The position numbers were made by a program, and so were the translations under genes. The notes below the pieces were generated by a model. It was not told the origin of the DNA. It worked only from the letters and a program-made list of their open reading frames with translations, and did no database searches. Of a stretch of DNA of 64,000 bases, positions 12,101 to 25,085 are shown piece by piece (position 1 is the stretch's first letter; each line of letters begins with the position of its first letter). Source of the DNA: Phoronis australis (lineage: Eukaryota; Animalia; Phoronida); the NCBI GenBank assembly GCA_002633005.1, contig NMRA01000335.1, positions 248,001-312,000 on the forward strand, in the 5' to 3' direction.

Positions 12101-14508
12101 AAGTTGACCCTGACTTTGTCTTAGCATCCATAAAATAATAGCAAAATTGGACTCTCAGTCCCAACAACATTGGAAACGATACACTGCAGGATCCTACCAC
12201 CTATCGTGTTAGAGTGTGGAAATTAGGCGAAATTCAAGATGGCGGAAGCCGCCATCTTGAATTATAAAAAATGCACAAACTGTAACCAAGTTAATTTTGT
12301 TCTCCTAGCCGCATGTAATAAATTTCCAAAAGAAACCTTTACAGTAAACAAAATTGCAGGCTCAACTTTTTGGCAACTTTTTTATACCTTCAGGTGGATC
12401 GTTGCAAAGTTTGCCAGTTTTACTGTTGGTCTGCTTGTAAAAGTTACCTGACTTTTAATCACCAACTGTGAGTGTCCATGATGACGTTATCATGTACAAG
12501 TACATATCGTACATGTACGGAAAATGACAATTGCGTCGAATGAGCGTGACCTGGTGGGGCGCCCACAGTACTAGAATAAAACTCTGGCATGAATGGAGAT
12601 TTGACACTTATAGCTGCATGTCTCTCCCTAGTCAACTTCACCAAAATACACTACCAATAACGTGATGATTTTTTATTTTGATACTGATCAAAGTCAACTG
12701 GCCATCAAGCACGGAAATACGATATTCACCGGCATAGCGAAAATGGATCACAGGATTTCCGCGCACAAGTACAGTGTATAGCCGAGTCTACTCCTCCGCC
12801 GTCGCAATTAGGCCTCATACTAATCTCTTCACTGTTTTGGTGCAGGTTTTGAAGAACAATGCATGAGGAGTGAAAATTGATTTGTTTTGTATGCGGCACA
12901 AAATGTCGATGTATTGAATTGGTCATTTAGCACGACTTTACATCACGAGAATACTCAGCTAGGTAAAGACTTGCACCCACTATATCTGCAAACAGGTATT
13001 GTAAACTTGTCTTTCCAGTTTGAATAATTGGATACTTCTGCCTTCCGTTGACTCAACGCTGTGAGCCAAAAAACTCAGTATTCTACATGTATTTCAGTCT
13101 CGAGCTTGGTGTTAGGTGAAGTAAGTCGAATGTAAATGGGACCCCAAGTCGACTTTCGCGTATTGGGCGAAGTTCCGATGTCAAGTACTACTTTCCTTGT
13201 ACAGTGCATGAAGGTGTATCGAGAACTTCTCCTTTGAATTGAAACAGGTTGCAATAAAATGCCTGACATTGCCTAGACACTCAGTCATACTGCGGCTCCG
13301 GCTGTTGTGAACTAACCACAGTTGTCAAAGATTGACCAGCAATTAAACTTCAATGAGACTAGTGTGATGAATTCATGAATTGTCAATTCTTCTCAATTCC
13401 CTCAATTCCAGAAATCGTGTCTAGTCTGTGTAAGGAACAAGATGAGACAAGGTTATAACAATAAGTTGTTTTTGATAGTGTATGATGGTTTGCGCAGGAT
13501 TCTGACCATGGTTTGCCTTGTTGGAAGTCTGATAGGAATGGCCTGGTGTTATGTCACAACCTCGTCAGCTTATAGTATTATACATGAACATGTATGATTT
13601 ATCTGAGTAGCCTTGAATAATACCACGACCCCTTCCATAACAGCATCTGTAGATATTCAATGTCTACAATAAATTAAGTGCTAGCCGAGGTGTTGGCCGA
13701 CAGGTCGGCAATGGCGACAATCTCGACAGCCAGTGCTAGGGAATCACATACGAAAGCTATTGGTTGGGATTTCTCAGCTACTTATTTTACATCTATTTAC
13801 GTTGTCTACTGCGTTTTATTACTCACGGGATACATTTTTGTTCGCTCTCTTGAAATACCAAGACCCAAAATTTGATTAATTAATGAACTTCAGAAACGTG
13901 AATGATCAGTGTTTTAATATCAGGTGTTTATAAGAAGGCACTCTGCCAATTTCATTACAAATCGACCCCTGCATATGACGGGTTAGCTAGGCATTTCATG
14001 AGTTTCTACTGCGTGGCGAAGGCTATACGAATGGCTTAAACTTGAAGATCTACAGTTCAATAATTAAGCAAACCAACTAAAGCCCATGAAACCTTAGGTC
14101 AATCCGTGAACTAAAGTTTTATGAGCTTCGTCTAAAGAAAAAAACAATCGTCAGTTTTCCTTGTATCAAAGATCAATTCTAAACTGTAGTAAGGAACAAT
14201 ATAAAGCCAATTTTACGACTGTAAGTGACTTAAATCAGACCTTGTTTCTTGACAGAAAGAGATTGGTTCAATGCCGGTTCAAGGTACTATTAGCGTCGGC
14301 TTTTGGTATGCATAAAGGGTAATATGAACAGGATGAAAATCTTAGTTTTATTGGGCTTTCATATCTTTCGCTTCAGTGCGAGTTAGCATTTGTTGGGAAC
14401 CCGAAAAGGAAAAAAATACTCACCGTAAAAGCATTGACCTGTGATAACAAGATTAGAAAACCACGCCATACACACGAACGCCACGAACGGTCTTCTTTGC
14501 TTTGCCAT
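1..14508 (-). CDS. Signal peptide + CUB-domain protein, 5' part (continues past the left edge)
   Basis: join(minus): 14424-14508 (caacATGG; MAKQRRPFVAFVCMAWFSNLVITGQCFY|gtgagt), 855-1044 (LCNKTW...FSCWFKFITGPNQRVDVTVTKINAGYYENNSR|gtggga), <1-112 (CLLGSLVIHDGDGENPARWPLPTSICGSVEDL). Phases 1 and 2 match; CUB-type C-W-x-F, RV-x-V, C-x3-L-x-I-x-DG, CG pattern. Confidence 0.75.
721..815. repeat. Compound (CA)n/(CG)n microsatellite
   Basis: cacacac acacgcgcgc gcacgcacat...; explains the HT/VC-repeat ORFs. Confidence 0.95.
855..1044 (-). CDS. CUB domain exon, N-half
   Basis: Acceptor cactcttttcag, donor AG|gtggga; 190 nt, phase 1-2. Confidence 0.82.
912..1228. other. Assembly artefact: 158-bp overlap on both sides of a single N (1070), duplicating part of a CUB exon
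   Basis: 912-1069 vs 1071-1228, one substitution (synonymous ACT/ACC in the exon frame). Confidence 0.85.
2704..2932. repeat. Degenerate tandem repeat (about 40-45-bp units)
   Basis: Recurring acatgtatt(c/a)ctgggcccagtc..gtcatgaca motifs. Confidence 0.65.
6323..7104. other. Assembly artefact: about 390-bp haplotype overlap on both sides of a single N (6713)
   Basis: 6323-6712 vs 6714-7104 differ by about 9 substitutions and a 1-bp indel. Confidence 0.85.
8484..8702. mobile_element. MITE copy (family of 57552-57803)
   Basis: Collinear similarity to 57552-57803; ends ggctgggtgcacgcatg. Confidence 0.68.
11300..12440 (+). mobile_element. Academ-like DNA transposon remnant
   Basis: KTKHKKEGEDLDEDDYRKVAEEIEKHRNPFT...LRNICN..V..*..IG.EQ..., then YKAIKK..KMLELMK..VNG with stops and frameshifts. 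This resembles my recollection of Academ transposases. Downstream non-coding palindrome aattcaagatggcgg..ccgccatcttgaatt (about 12231-12263). Confidence 0.55.
14424..14508 (-). CDS. Signal-peptide first coding exon of the CUB gene
   Basis: Good Kozak context, basic N-region plus hydrophobic core, donor G|gtgagt, CpG-rich upstream region. The link to exon 855-1044 is inferred from phase and strand only. Confidence 0.62.
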
Positions 14509-14972
14509 GTTGCGCGCTATCAGTCCGTCTGCTCTCTGCTCGCACCGGTCGTCTGCAACTCGTAAACAAATTATTAGTACAAACTACAGATATAAACGAT
14601 ACTTCTGATGATTCCCAAGTGGTATCAGCCTGAACACGCTTCGACTCGATTCGATTTCCATTTGGTTGAAGCCGTCACGTATTAATATGCAGCCTGAGAA
14701 TACGATCGCAACGCACCAAACTACTCTGCAAATGTTTCCTCACGCCGCATGCGTTTGAAGTTCCGGTTACAAACGCGTGAATGGGCAGAAAACATGAACT
14801 ATATTTAAAAAACTGCAGATATATATTGACATGTTCTCAATATGTCTGTCGCATCTGTCTTCGGATCTGAATGCGAATTAGCTAAAAGGTTTGTCTCGAA
14901 GCATTTAATGGATGCCGCAGCCTGCCAGTGATAATGCACACACGCTATCTTTTGTACAATTTCGGAATTTGA

Positions 14973-15075
14973 TCGAGTTTGGATAGCAGGAGGCCCCGGG
15001 TTCGTGACCTGGTCGGGGCATGACAGAGATATAGAACTAAGTTTAGTAAACACTCCTTTTTCCACCCTTGCCATG
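14973..15075 (+). mobile_element. tRNA-derived SINE fragment
   Basis: ggccccgggttcgtgacctggtcggggca resembles a tRNA T-arm/acceptor 3' half; the 5' half is missing. Confidence 0.4.
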
Positions 15076-18000
15076 GAACAATCTCTATACTGACGTACGT
15101 CAAAGTAATTCTATTACTTATTTTCAAATCCAGGTACCTGGGTAATGTTTAATATTTTTGATATTTTTAACAGTAGTCGTTTACTCATTTGTGTCAAGTT
15201 TCTTGTTAACATTTTAATTGTACTTATTCAAAACTCTTCTTATACCATCTTGTTAAATTTTTAATATTTTCTTTCTTATCACGACCTTATGGGAGGTCTT
15301 GTATAACTCAGTAAGGTTTTCCTGAATAAACATAACTCAACAACTACAAAAAGTCTTTATCTGCAAATTTAGTACACTGGAATATTTAGCTAGTCACATT
15401 TGCATCCTCAATTTTTATTGAAGAACTGTATCAAAGCTCACCAATGGTCCAATTTTAATTATACACCTTTATAAAGGTGTATAATTTTGGATGAACGGTT
15501 GACTTAAATTCTTCGCGGCACGTGAGGGTCCATACTCAATGCGAAATGGTGATTATTTATTGGTTAAATGGTTTATCGTTTGCTTCTGCTATGATCATAC
15601 AAGGAATGGTCAGGTGAAGGTCTTTCTAGTGATACGATTACAATACAATTTGGTTGAAAAATTCCGGGCGTAGTTGCGAAGGTTTAGTGACAGTAAATTC
15701 CATAGGAATAACCAAGACCGAAACAAACAAATGCAAGCAAATGCCACGCATGTGCGGCGAAATCTCAGCAGCGGCGGCGAGATCGAAGTTGTCATTCCAG
15801 TGCTTGCTAGAGTTCCATGACCTAGTCACTACGCCTCAAATGGCCGATCAGCGTCATCTTGACTGAGGCTTAAGAACGAGGCTGCGCGTCACTTTGATGC
15901 GCTTATGAGCCGGAGCCCTACCTAGGATAAGGATGTTCCCGGCGTCAAAACCGGAACCCCGATGTAAAATAGATATCTACTGCACCTTCAAAACAACAAA
16001 ACAGCCCTAAAAACACGAACCCTGGCCTTTAAAACAAGAACTCCGGAGATCGCGGACAGAAAACAAGGGGGACCGAAACACCACTCCCGCACTGTCTGTC
16101 AAACATTGTTTGGTGAAAAATAAATCTTCATGTGTTGTTTTGCAATACAGGAGAATATTACACAGCTTGTGACGGATTGTGTTATGGTGCCACATTTTGC
16201 GTCGGTTTTCGGCGCCATGAAATATTCCGTCACCTATTCAGGGGGCCAGGTTTTTTCTTCAATTCTTCACTCAGCTATTCTCCCTATTTCGGGAGTACAT
16301 GTAACTATTGAATAATTTGAAATTAACTAAAAAATCACGAGTATAACATCGTGTAGAAAATTCGAACACAGACAAGCAACAGAGTCAATATAATATATGT
16401 AAGTTACGTTTGATTATTGACAATTTTTAATAAACAAATGCGGAAAACAAGTGGAAAGTACTTGAAGATGCTTTACTGGAAGTCGAGTCTGAGGCTATGA
16501 TTGACAACAGTCTCAGAAAATTTGAGAAAGGTTTGGGTTTCCTTTCCGATCACCAAGGTTCCTGTTTTATAGGTCATGTCTCGTGTTTTTAGGGCTGGTT
16601 AGCTGTTTTGAAGGTGTAGGAGTTTGTTTTCGACTGCGCAATATCTGTTTTACACCGGTGTTCCTGTATCGATGGAGCACACTGCTAGACATCTTTGTTG
16701 ATTGACGCCATTTTGATTGGCCCAAAGGTTTCTGGGGAAAATGTTGGTGTTCGCTGGGGATTCGCAGCAACGCACCTGTAGGCTTGGTACTGAGTTTGGG
16801 AGCGATAACCAGAGAAACAAAAAGGACAGTTATGTTCAAATCAGGTTTTAGTACCACTTGCAGACGTAGTAGCGTGAAAATTGTACCAAGATCATCAAAC
16901 TTCAGTAATAACATAAGTATGGTATAGAAAATGCACTCTGTCACTCTCCGAAAATAAATGAGCGTCAAAGATTATAGTGAAATTGTCTAAATTCATATGA
17001 TTATTCATTTTCCAACAAATCAGCAGATCCTTTTGTCTTTTATGTTATTTAGTTTTCTATTTTAATTCAAACCAACACCTGAAACCATCCGAACGAGCGC
17101 CCGACTGCCCGGAGTGTTTTTTTTTTTTTTTTTTGAAAAATCGCTGATAAAGGCATTCTTTTGAAAACAAGTTAATTTTTGAGCGCCATATGCAAGATAT
17201 TAGATCAATATTCCATTAACGATGAAAAATTTTTTGCCACTCCACTTCAATTGGCATGAACAATGATATTTTTAATCAACATTTTCATCGGGGCAAACGC
17301 AAAAATTAGAATTCATTCTAAAAGCTCACTCAGCTTGGGTACAAACGCAGGATTGAGTTTACAGTATGACTTCATCAGCAGATTTTTCTTAAAAGTCACC
17401 AAAACACTTTCAAAAATCCGGTTCATGCAAATTTCTTGTTTTGAATAGGCACTCTTTTGTGGAAGCTGTTTTAGTGGTGCAATTCTCGGAAATTTCCAAT
17501 AAAGATTTTAACATAAGCCTACAATTTCCACCTGCAAAACACACACAAGAGCTTAAACTGGGCGTAAACTTACGTGGAAGCACGCACACGCGAGTGTACA
17601 CGCACTGTACGGGCCAGACGCACTGAGCGCTCATTGACAAAAATATTCACTGCATTCCCTGAGTCAAAAAGCAGTGAGTATTTTTAGAAGTTTTGGGGTG
17701 CGCCACAGCATCAATTTCAAGGATTGCTTTGCTGAAGTGGTTCGCGTATAGGAGCAAGCACTTGATTCCGAATATAGACGTAGCTTCGAATGTGGAATCG
17801 GCGCCTAAATACGGGCATCGAACGTAAAAATGTTAGTATGATCTTAAGAAATGGTCCCGTGACATTTTAAAAGTTTTAGAAGGATTTTTGATACTTCAGT
17901 GAATCCCGACTCATCTGCAAGATTAGTTTAATATCTTTATTCATTTTTTAATTAGTTAGCAAGCTGGAATTCTGATGTCGGGATCTCAAGCTTCAATAGG

Positions 18001-21000
18001 TTGCCAATGAAAAAATTCACGAAAATCACTGAAAAAGTAAACTTGTGCTGAAGAATGTTGTCACTTTCCGAAATGTTGGCACTTCGGACTATCACCAACT
18101 AAATTTGCTTTTTGTGTGCGCTAAATGGTACTCCTCGGTCTCGAAGAAATGTTTTGAGCCCAAGAACATGGAATAAATTTAGCCTATTCAATAACCCGTA
18201 GTCTGCCACTACAGTGAACTCCAATGAGCTATATATATATAGAGAGACGACACGACCATACCGGCAAGCCAGGCAGCGCGTGGCACGCGGTACGCCATCT
18301 TGATGATGAACGCCATGTGAACAAAAGCACGGTGACCTTATGGAAGTCGAGGAATTTTCAGAATAAAATTTTAAATTTCAAATACTAACGAGGTTCGAAA
18401 ATACTGGTAACATAAAGCAATGTAAACCTATGACCCACGCATTGCACGATCATATAAGCCATTTCAAGGACAAAATTCCTAATGCTTTGGCTGAAATTCT
18501 CACGGACTGCTGCTAGGGCCTGGGAGATTTTGCCGGCTCAGTCGAAAAGACAATCCACTGAAATGTATAAAGTTTAGAAAATGGTATTATACAGTGATTA
18601 ACCTTTTTCGTCGCTATAATTGTATAGTACCTATTTTTCAGTTCCGGTTGTTTATAAAGCGACAAGACGATCAGCTGTCAAGGGGCCGCTCTCCGGCGAG
18701 CCATTACATCACTGCATTCCCAAAGTTTTTAGAATGGGTCTAAAAATTCCTTGACCCGACACCACTTGATTTATTCTAACAAAAAGATTTGAGGCGTGCG
18801 TTCGTGTGAAACACTTGAACACAAAGTAGAACAAAAAATTCATAGAAACCCATGGAAATCGATAAGCATGATATGAGTGCATGTAAAGTCGTCGTGTCAT
18901 TGTATGCAACAATTGACCGATGGAACTGTACATGTTTGTGTGCATGTGCGTATTCGGAATTGAGGGCATGTCAGTTTGAATAAAAGGTGGCTGCAAAATT
19001 TTGCAAAACGATACAATAACTGACATGTTAACATTAAGTATTTCAATGAAAAAAGAAGAATGCACGACATCAAAAACACCCTGTACTGGTTGGTAAGACA
19101 CACACATATAGTGTATACTTCGGTTACCCGCGTGTGCCTGTGAACGCCACTGCTTGGGCGGCCGAAGGCAGAGGTCGACGTATGCATTTGCACAGACCCA
19201 ATTTCCGGAAAGGTGACTGGAATTGTCTAGCTCACGTTATACCAAGGAATAATAATTACATTAATGTTCAGACGTTTTTTTTCAAAAATAAAACGCATGT
19301 AAGGGGTGCTGAGGTGTCTCAAGAAAAATTACTTCAGTAATACGCTATTTTTCGTTAACTATCTGGTGTTACCACCACTTCCTGGTAGGCCTAATACTTG
19401 TCCTAGTACCTCTTAGCGTGGTGAACTGGTAATTTGCACAGTTTGAAACGACATGGTCTCACAGTTAAAAATGCTGTGTTATAGACTCTGCTGTAAAACC
19501 ACTTGACGCGCCGCGTAACAAGAGTTTTAAAAAGGCATTCGCATCATTAATTTTTACCAATATTAATTTTTACGCCAATCAATGTACCCCTTTTATGCGA
19601 CCATGATGTGGGGAATCGACGTTTTTTCTGTCAATAACAAGCACACTTCCATGTTATTGGCCATCCAGAACGAGAAGGACAAGAAAAATGTTCATACAGA
19701 AACAACAAACTGAGATATTGTAACCATTTTGATTTATTTCAAAATATATTTATTTCAAAATATCACCATAACGCAGTAAAATCACGCCTTGACAGTAAAA
19801 GGGAAATGTCTAGCTGGTACACAGTTACTGTACCGTACTGGTACCATACATACTGTATACTCCACTTCAGCAAAAGTCAGATTTTAGTGAACCAACTCTA
19901 AGTTAATCCCTCAATTCAGTTGAATCCGACATTCACTGGCACACAATTATATTACTAGTACATTCATATTGACAACACCCCGCCACAAAATAAACAAAAT
20001 GACAAAACTCAATGGTCGTAAACTCTACCTGCCCTGTCCTGCATACCCAGGCATTGATACTTTATAACTATTAGAAGACCATAAACAGGACAGAATACTA
20101 AAATGATGGTTTTCCTCGAGTAAGACAGTTGCAGATTTTAAAAGCTCGCCAGACTACAGAACATTTGTTCCATCTCTTGAAATCTACAGAAACATGCAAC
20201 CCATCTACCGTCTCAACATAACATTTCGGGGTGTAGCATTCTTGGAGTATCCCTTCCTTCGATCCTGTTTTATTCTTAGTAACCTGGCTATTAATAAATC
20301 TTCAAATTAGTGTCCACTCTATAAAATAGCACAACCATGTTGTAGTCACTTTTTGTGATTCTTCGTTGCTAGAAAACAACAGATATCCTGGTCACTAAAC
20401 CCTTAAAGACGTATCGGACTAAGAAGAAAAGTCAAGTAAAAGACCATGAAACATCGACTTACGTGGGTGTTCTAAGGACCAAATTAGTTGAACAATATTG
20501 TTTCTGAGATGGGATTCTCACCCTCAAAATCATTTTATTTCAGTTTCAATTTTTAAACCTCGAAAGACAAAAAAGATATCATTGATTCTGGGTCTAATCT
20601 TTATACTAGAAATCAAACTTTATTTTTTATTCAGTTTTCTGCTATGACTATGAACTAAAGACCCTTTAATTCTGTGCTCAAGAATGCAATGATTTTCTTG
20701 GATGATTTTCAAAAAATCCTATTTTGCACTTGATAATACTAACAAAAGCTACGAGTTTTTACTTGAAATCTCGTGTTGTTACCAATATTGGTTCCTAGAT
20801 GTACTACACAGTACATACGCATCTCCTCTAACATGGTTCATCAGCAAGATGGCGGACCACTCCGCTCAACGAAAACCACGTGACTTCAACTCTAGTAAGA
20901 CAGAGATCGTGTAACTTCGTACTATAGTTTACTTAACAGCCACAGGCTTCGCATAAACAGACATTACACGAATGCTCAAAACAAAAACAGCACAGCTGTT

Positions 21001-21412
21001 AGCATGGTAGTGAGCTACATGTATTCTCAGTCATATTCCTGGGTTGTATAAGGTCTGTGTTTTATTAAATATGTGATCTGACATGAATTTGTTGTTTGTT
21101 TATTATTCTAACTTGGGTTTTAATAATTTCAAATGGATCTGCTCTAGCGTTGGTCATGTACTGTTATGATTGTTCGGTCATTGGGGCTGAAAAGTCCCCT
21201 TGAATCTATCCACACACGTGACACAGTGTTCACAGAAACATCCCAGAGCCAAATAACCATTTCCTAATATTGCAACATGATTTCTATTGTGTGATTTGTA
21301 CTGGCTTTATGTTTCACCCCCTATCAATGATTTCAATTCAGCTGATCTGCTACCAAGTACAAAACTCAAGCAGGCACATCAGCTCAGAAGGCTTGTTGTA
21401 CCATAGGCGGAT

Positions 21413-22070
21413 NNNNNNNNNNNNNNNNNNNNNNNNNNNNNNNNNNNNNNNNNNNNNNNNNNNNNNNNNNNNNNNNNNNNNNNNNNNNNNNNNNNNNNNN
21501 NNNNNNNNNNNNNNNNNNNNNNNNNNNNNNNNNNNNNNNNNNNNNNNNNNNNNNNNNNNNNNNNNNNNNNNNNNNNNNNNNNNNNNNNNNNNNNNNNNNN
21601 NNNNNNNNNNNNNNNNNNNNNNNNNNNNNNNNNNNNNNNNNNNNNNNNNNNNNNNNNNNNNNNNNNNNNNNNNNNNNNNNNNNNNNNNNNNNNNNNNNNN
21701 NNNNNNNNNNNNNNNNNNNNNNNNNNNNNNNNNNNNNNNNNNNNNNNNNNNNNNNNNNNNNNNNNNNNNNNNNNNNNNNNNNNNNNNNNNNNNNNNNNNN
21801 NNNNNNNNNNNNNNNNNNNNNNNNNNNNNNNNNNNNNNNNNNNNNNNNNNNNNNNNNNNNNNNNNNNNNNNNNNNNNNNNNNNNNNNNNNNNNNNNNNNN
21901 NNNNNNNNNNNNNNNNNNNNNNNNNNNNNNNNNNNNNNNNNNNNNNNNNNNNNNNNNNNNNNNNNNNNNNNNNNNNNNNNNNNNNNNNNNNNNNNNNNNN
22001 NNNNNNNNNNNNNNNNNNNNNNNNNNNNNNNNNNNNNNNNNNNNNNNNNNNNNNNNNNNNNNNNNNNNNN
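21413..22070. other. Assembly gap
   Basis: Run of N. Confidence 1.
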
Positions 22071-22995
22071 GGCTCAAATACAATTTCAATTGCCAAATTC
22101 GGAACACGGCGCATTCGGAACGGAACTATGGCTAAGTATATAGGCTCTCCCGCGATATCCCAGGCGACCGGCAGTGGCGCTGCGCACTACGACTCCGTTT
22201 CCGTCGTCTGCTCCACTGTGCAATGAAGAAAATTTACTTCATTTTTTTAAAGAATATGGAACCTGAGTGACGATGAAAAAATAGAAGCTGTTGGTAAGAT
22301 GTGAATTTTAATCGAAGCCTTAGTGAATCACTCAGAAACTCGCAATACTCTCTTTGTCAAACCTTATCTTAATTCGATTTCCAAAGCAATGCCGTCATAG
22401 TGCCAACACGAAAAACGGATTTGGTCTTTTGGGCATTTGAAGACTATTTTAAATACGACAAATTTGTTAAGAATTGATGGCACAAAGTCTAAAACGTGTA
22501 ATAAGCATTACAAAAAGAAGTCAGGGGTTTCGCACGCAAACGCTGTGGCCCATAAACAAGTAGGTCTCTTACAATAACGTTAGTACTGAGTTAAATCGTG
22601 GTCATGGTGGTGTCACACGCACTCTATCCGCCAGGTCGTGAGTTCGAGTCTTTGGTACTTGGAGTTTTTCCTGTTTGACACGTTCTCCGTTTTTTTTTTC
22701 TTGGATAAGACGTCGGAATCAAGGGAAAGGCTTGATTCGGTGTTAAGCGCATCTACAATCGTAGTTCAGTTTGCGCAAATGCTTACAGCCGGACAAAATG
22801 TTGCCCCCCCTTAATTGTGATATCCTAGATCCGCCACTGAACAGGCTGTAGGCTACTGACTCCAGTGTCTAGTCTAGCATGCATGTAATGACGTGACCTC
22901 AATATGGCTTCCCAGGAATTCGGCAGTTTCCGTAATGGAATCTGTCTATGATTTACAAAGATTTTATAGATATAGTATCTTTGATATTTATCTCT

Positions 22996-25021
22996 AACCT
23001 GGCGTGCGTTCAGTAGACGCTAGGACCTAGCTAAAATCTAGTCAAGGTCACGTGTTTTCATTTAAAATACACGGCAATATCTCACGTAATCTCGAGAAGT
23101 CTTGCTTTTTAGCGAGGTCCTAGCGCTTGCTGGTTCCCTGCTTGCTTAGCCCAGCCAGCAAATGACGCAGGTATCACACAGTGGCACGCGCTTTAGCATT
23201 GGTCGATGTAATCTTGGCAGTCATTGGTTACTAGCTTTACAACACCGTGAAAAAATGGCAGACTGTGAACGATTTTCGCCTTGTCATGCAAGTGGCGTCG
23301 CAGCAACTATTTCGTTTCTGCAGTGATGTTTAATAGCCGCGTGCCAGTGCTTGAAGCACATACATGCACAATAAACACATATTAGGCCTACGGTGTGTTA
23401 TTCATACTGTATAAGGACACTATCGTAAACAAAAGTCAGGACAGCAGAAAGATGCATTCCGAAAAGGCTCAATCACAATTTCTAGGCTTCACATTTCCTG
23501 AACATAATTTTAAGCACCGGTTTGTCTGTACAATAGACCACATTTACACTTCAGTCCATCAGCCATGCCAGTTTGTTTGCGCAAAGCGCTGCCTGTTGAC
23601 GAAGATCGACTAGCCAATCAGAAACGCCGGTGTAAAAAATTAACAGAGGAAATTTATGTGATACACAGGCGCTTGGGTTTATCGCAAATGACGTCACAAG
23701 AAAACATAAAGGTTGGACACTTAAACTTTGCAAAGCCAAGGCTCCCAACTTCAACCGTCCAAAATCCAAATAAAATCTGCGTGCACCTCCCTCAGTCTGG
23801 TGTTGCATAAACCTTCGAAGCCTTATCTTTCCTAGATCCCATTAACTGTCTTCGTGAGTGGTGAATTGGCGATGGAATTTCCAAAACAATCTCAAAACTC
23901 TGAATTCAAGGACCTGAAATAGTAAACATGGCGGATTTCTGTTGTGCTTCAACTTGTACNNNNNNNNNNNNNNNNNNNNNNNNNNNNNNNNNNNNNNNNN
24001 NNNNNNNNNNNNNNNNNNNNNNNNNNNNNNNNNNNNNNNNNNNNNNNNNNNNNNNNNNNNNNNNNNNNNNNNNNNNNNNNNNNNNNNNNNNNNNNNNNNN
24101 NNNNNNNNNNNNNNNNNNNNNNNNNNNNNNNNNNNNNNNNNNNNNNNNNNNNNNNNNNNNNNNNNNNNNNNNNNNNNNNNNNNNNNNNNNNNNNNNNNNN
24201 NNNNNNNNNNNNNNNNNNNNNNNNNNNNNNNNNNNNNNNNNNNNNNNNNNNNNNNNNNNNNNNNNNNNNNNNNNNNNNNNNNNNNNNNNNNNNNNNNNNN
24301 NNNNNNNNNNNNNNNNNNNNNNNNNNNNNNNNNNNNNNNNNNNNNNNNNNNNNNNNNNNNNNNNNNNNNNNNNNNNNNNNNNNNNNNNNNNNNNNNNNNN
24401 NNNNNNNNNNNNNNNNNNNNNNNNNNNNNNNNNNNNNNNNNNNNNNNNNNNNNNNNNNNNNNNNNNNNNNNNNNCATTCACCATTAAACTGCATTGAAAT
24501 GTTGTCCAATTGGCTTTTATTGGAAACCACAGTGCAGAGCTCAACATCAAAGCTTCAAATCGAGTTTATGTCAATAAAAACAGGCTGTTGCAATTTTCAT
24601 TACTTCGTTGGCCTTTTTCTGCATGTTTCTCAGTTTTTACAAAAGGGGGCAGCATATGACGAACTTAGGTTTCAGAATAAAATGGCTGCCGAAGGCAGTG
24701 CACATTTGAAATAACTCGGCACAAATTAAAGAAAACTTCCGAATCGATGAATGCGGTATATCTGTGAGAGTTAAATCGAATCCTATTCAGATCATAACTT
24801 TGAAGTGGAATAATTCGGTGAGTACAACAGCAAGTCGGTTTTATGCTTATGCGGACGAACATTGGGCTCCCCAGTATATATTATTGAGTGACGTCATTTG
24901 CCTGCGATAAACCCAAGCGCCTGTGATGTGATACCTGCGCGGTGCTGGCGCGGCTACCGCCCCACCTAGCGGCACGCAGGGAACCAGCGAGGGTCCTATC
25001 GTTACTGAACGGAAGCCTGTT
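22996..25021. mobile_element. Putative DNA transposon with long degenerate inverted termini spanning the second gap
   Basis: Inverted matches: 22996-23027 vs 24992-25021, 23126-23181 vs 24921-24990, and 23664-23697 vs 24888-24925 (identical except a 4-bp indel). Confidence 0.5.
23960..24474. other. Assembly gap
   Basis: Run of N. Confidence 1.
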
Positions 25022-25085
25022 CCCGGGCCTCACAAGATGGCGACTGGGACGATTTTGTTGCAAATGCTGTAAAAAAGACTAACAG
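25022..25085 (+). promoter_or_regulatory. Probable non-coding first exon / TSS region of the TNFR-like gene
   Basis: CpG-rich stretch, TGACGTCA (CRE) at 24889, YY1-type CAAGATGGCG at 25033, strong donor CAG|GTAAGA at 25085/6, short uORF MATGTILLQML* (25037-25072). Confidence 0.45.

Noticed and set aside
18043-18085. CTGAAGA...CGAAA hammerhead-like string
   Set aside because: Stem II cannot pair and there is no valid NUH; at best a very decayed PLE end.
20024-20283. About 85-codon minus-strand open frame after an acceptor-like site
   Set aside because: No identifiable motif or upstream partner exon.
11775-22655. GTTCGAGTC B-box motifs at about 11810 and about 22642 as tRNA genes
   Set aside because: No cloverleaf can be built; probably SINE debris.
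21270-24714. Long ORFs of 180-318 aa
   Set aside because: They are open only because they run through N gaps.
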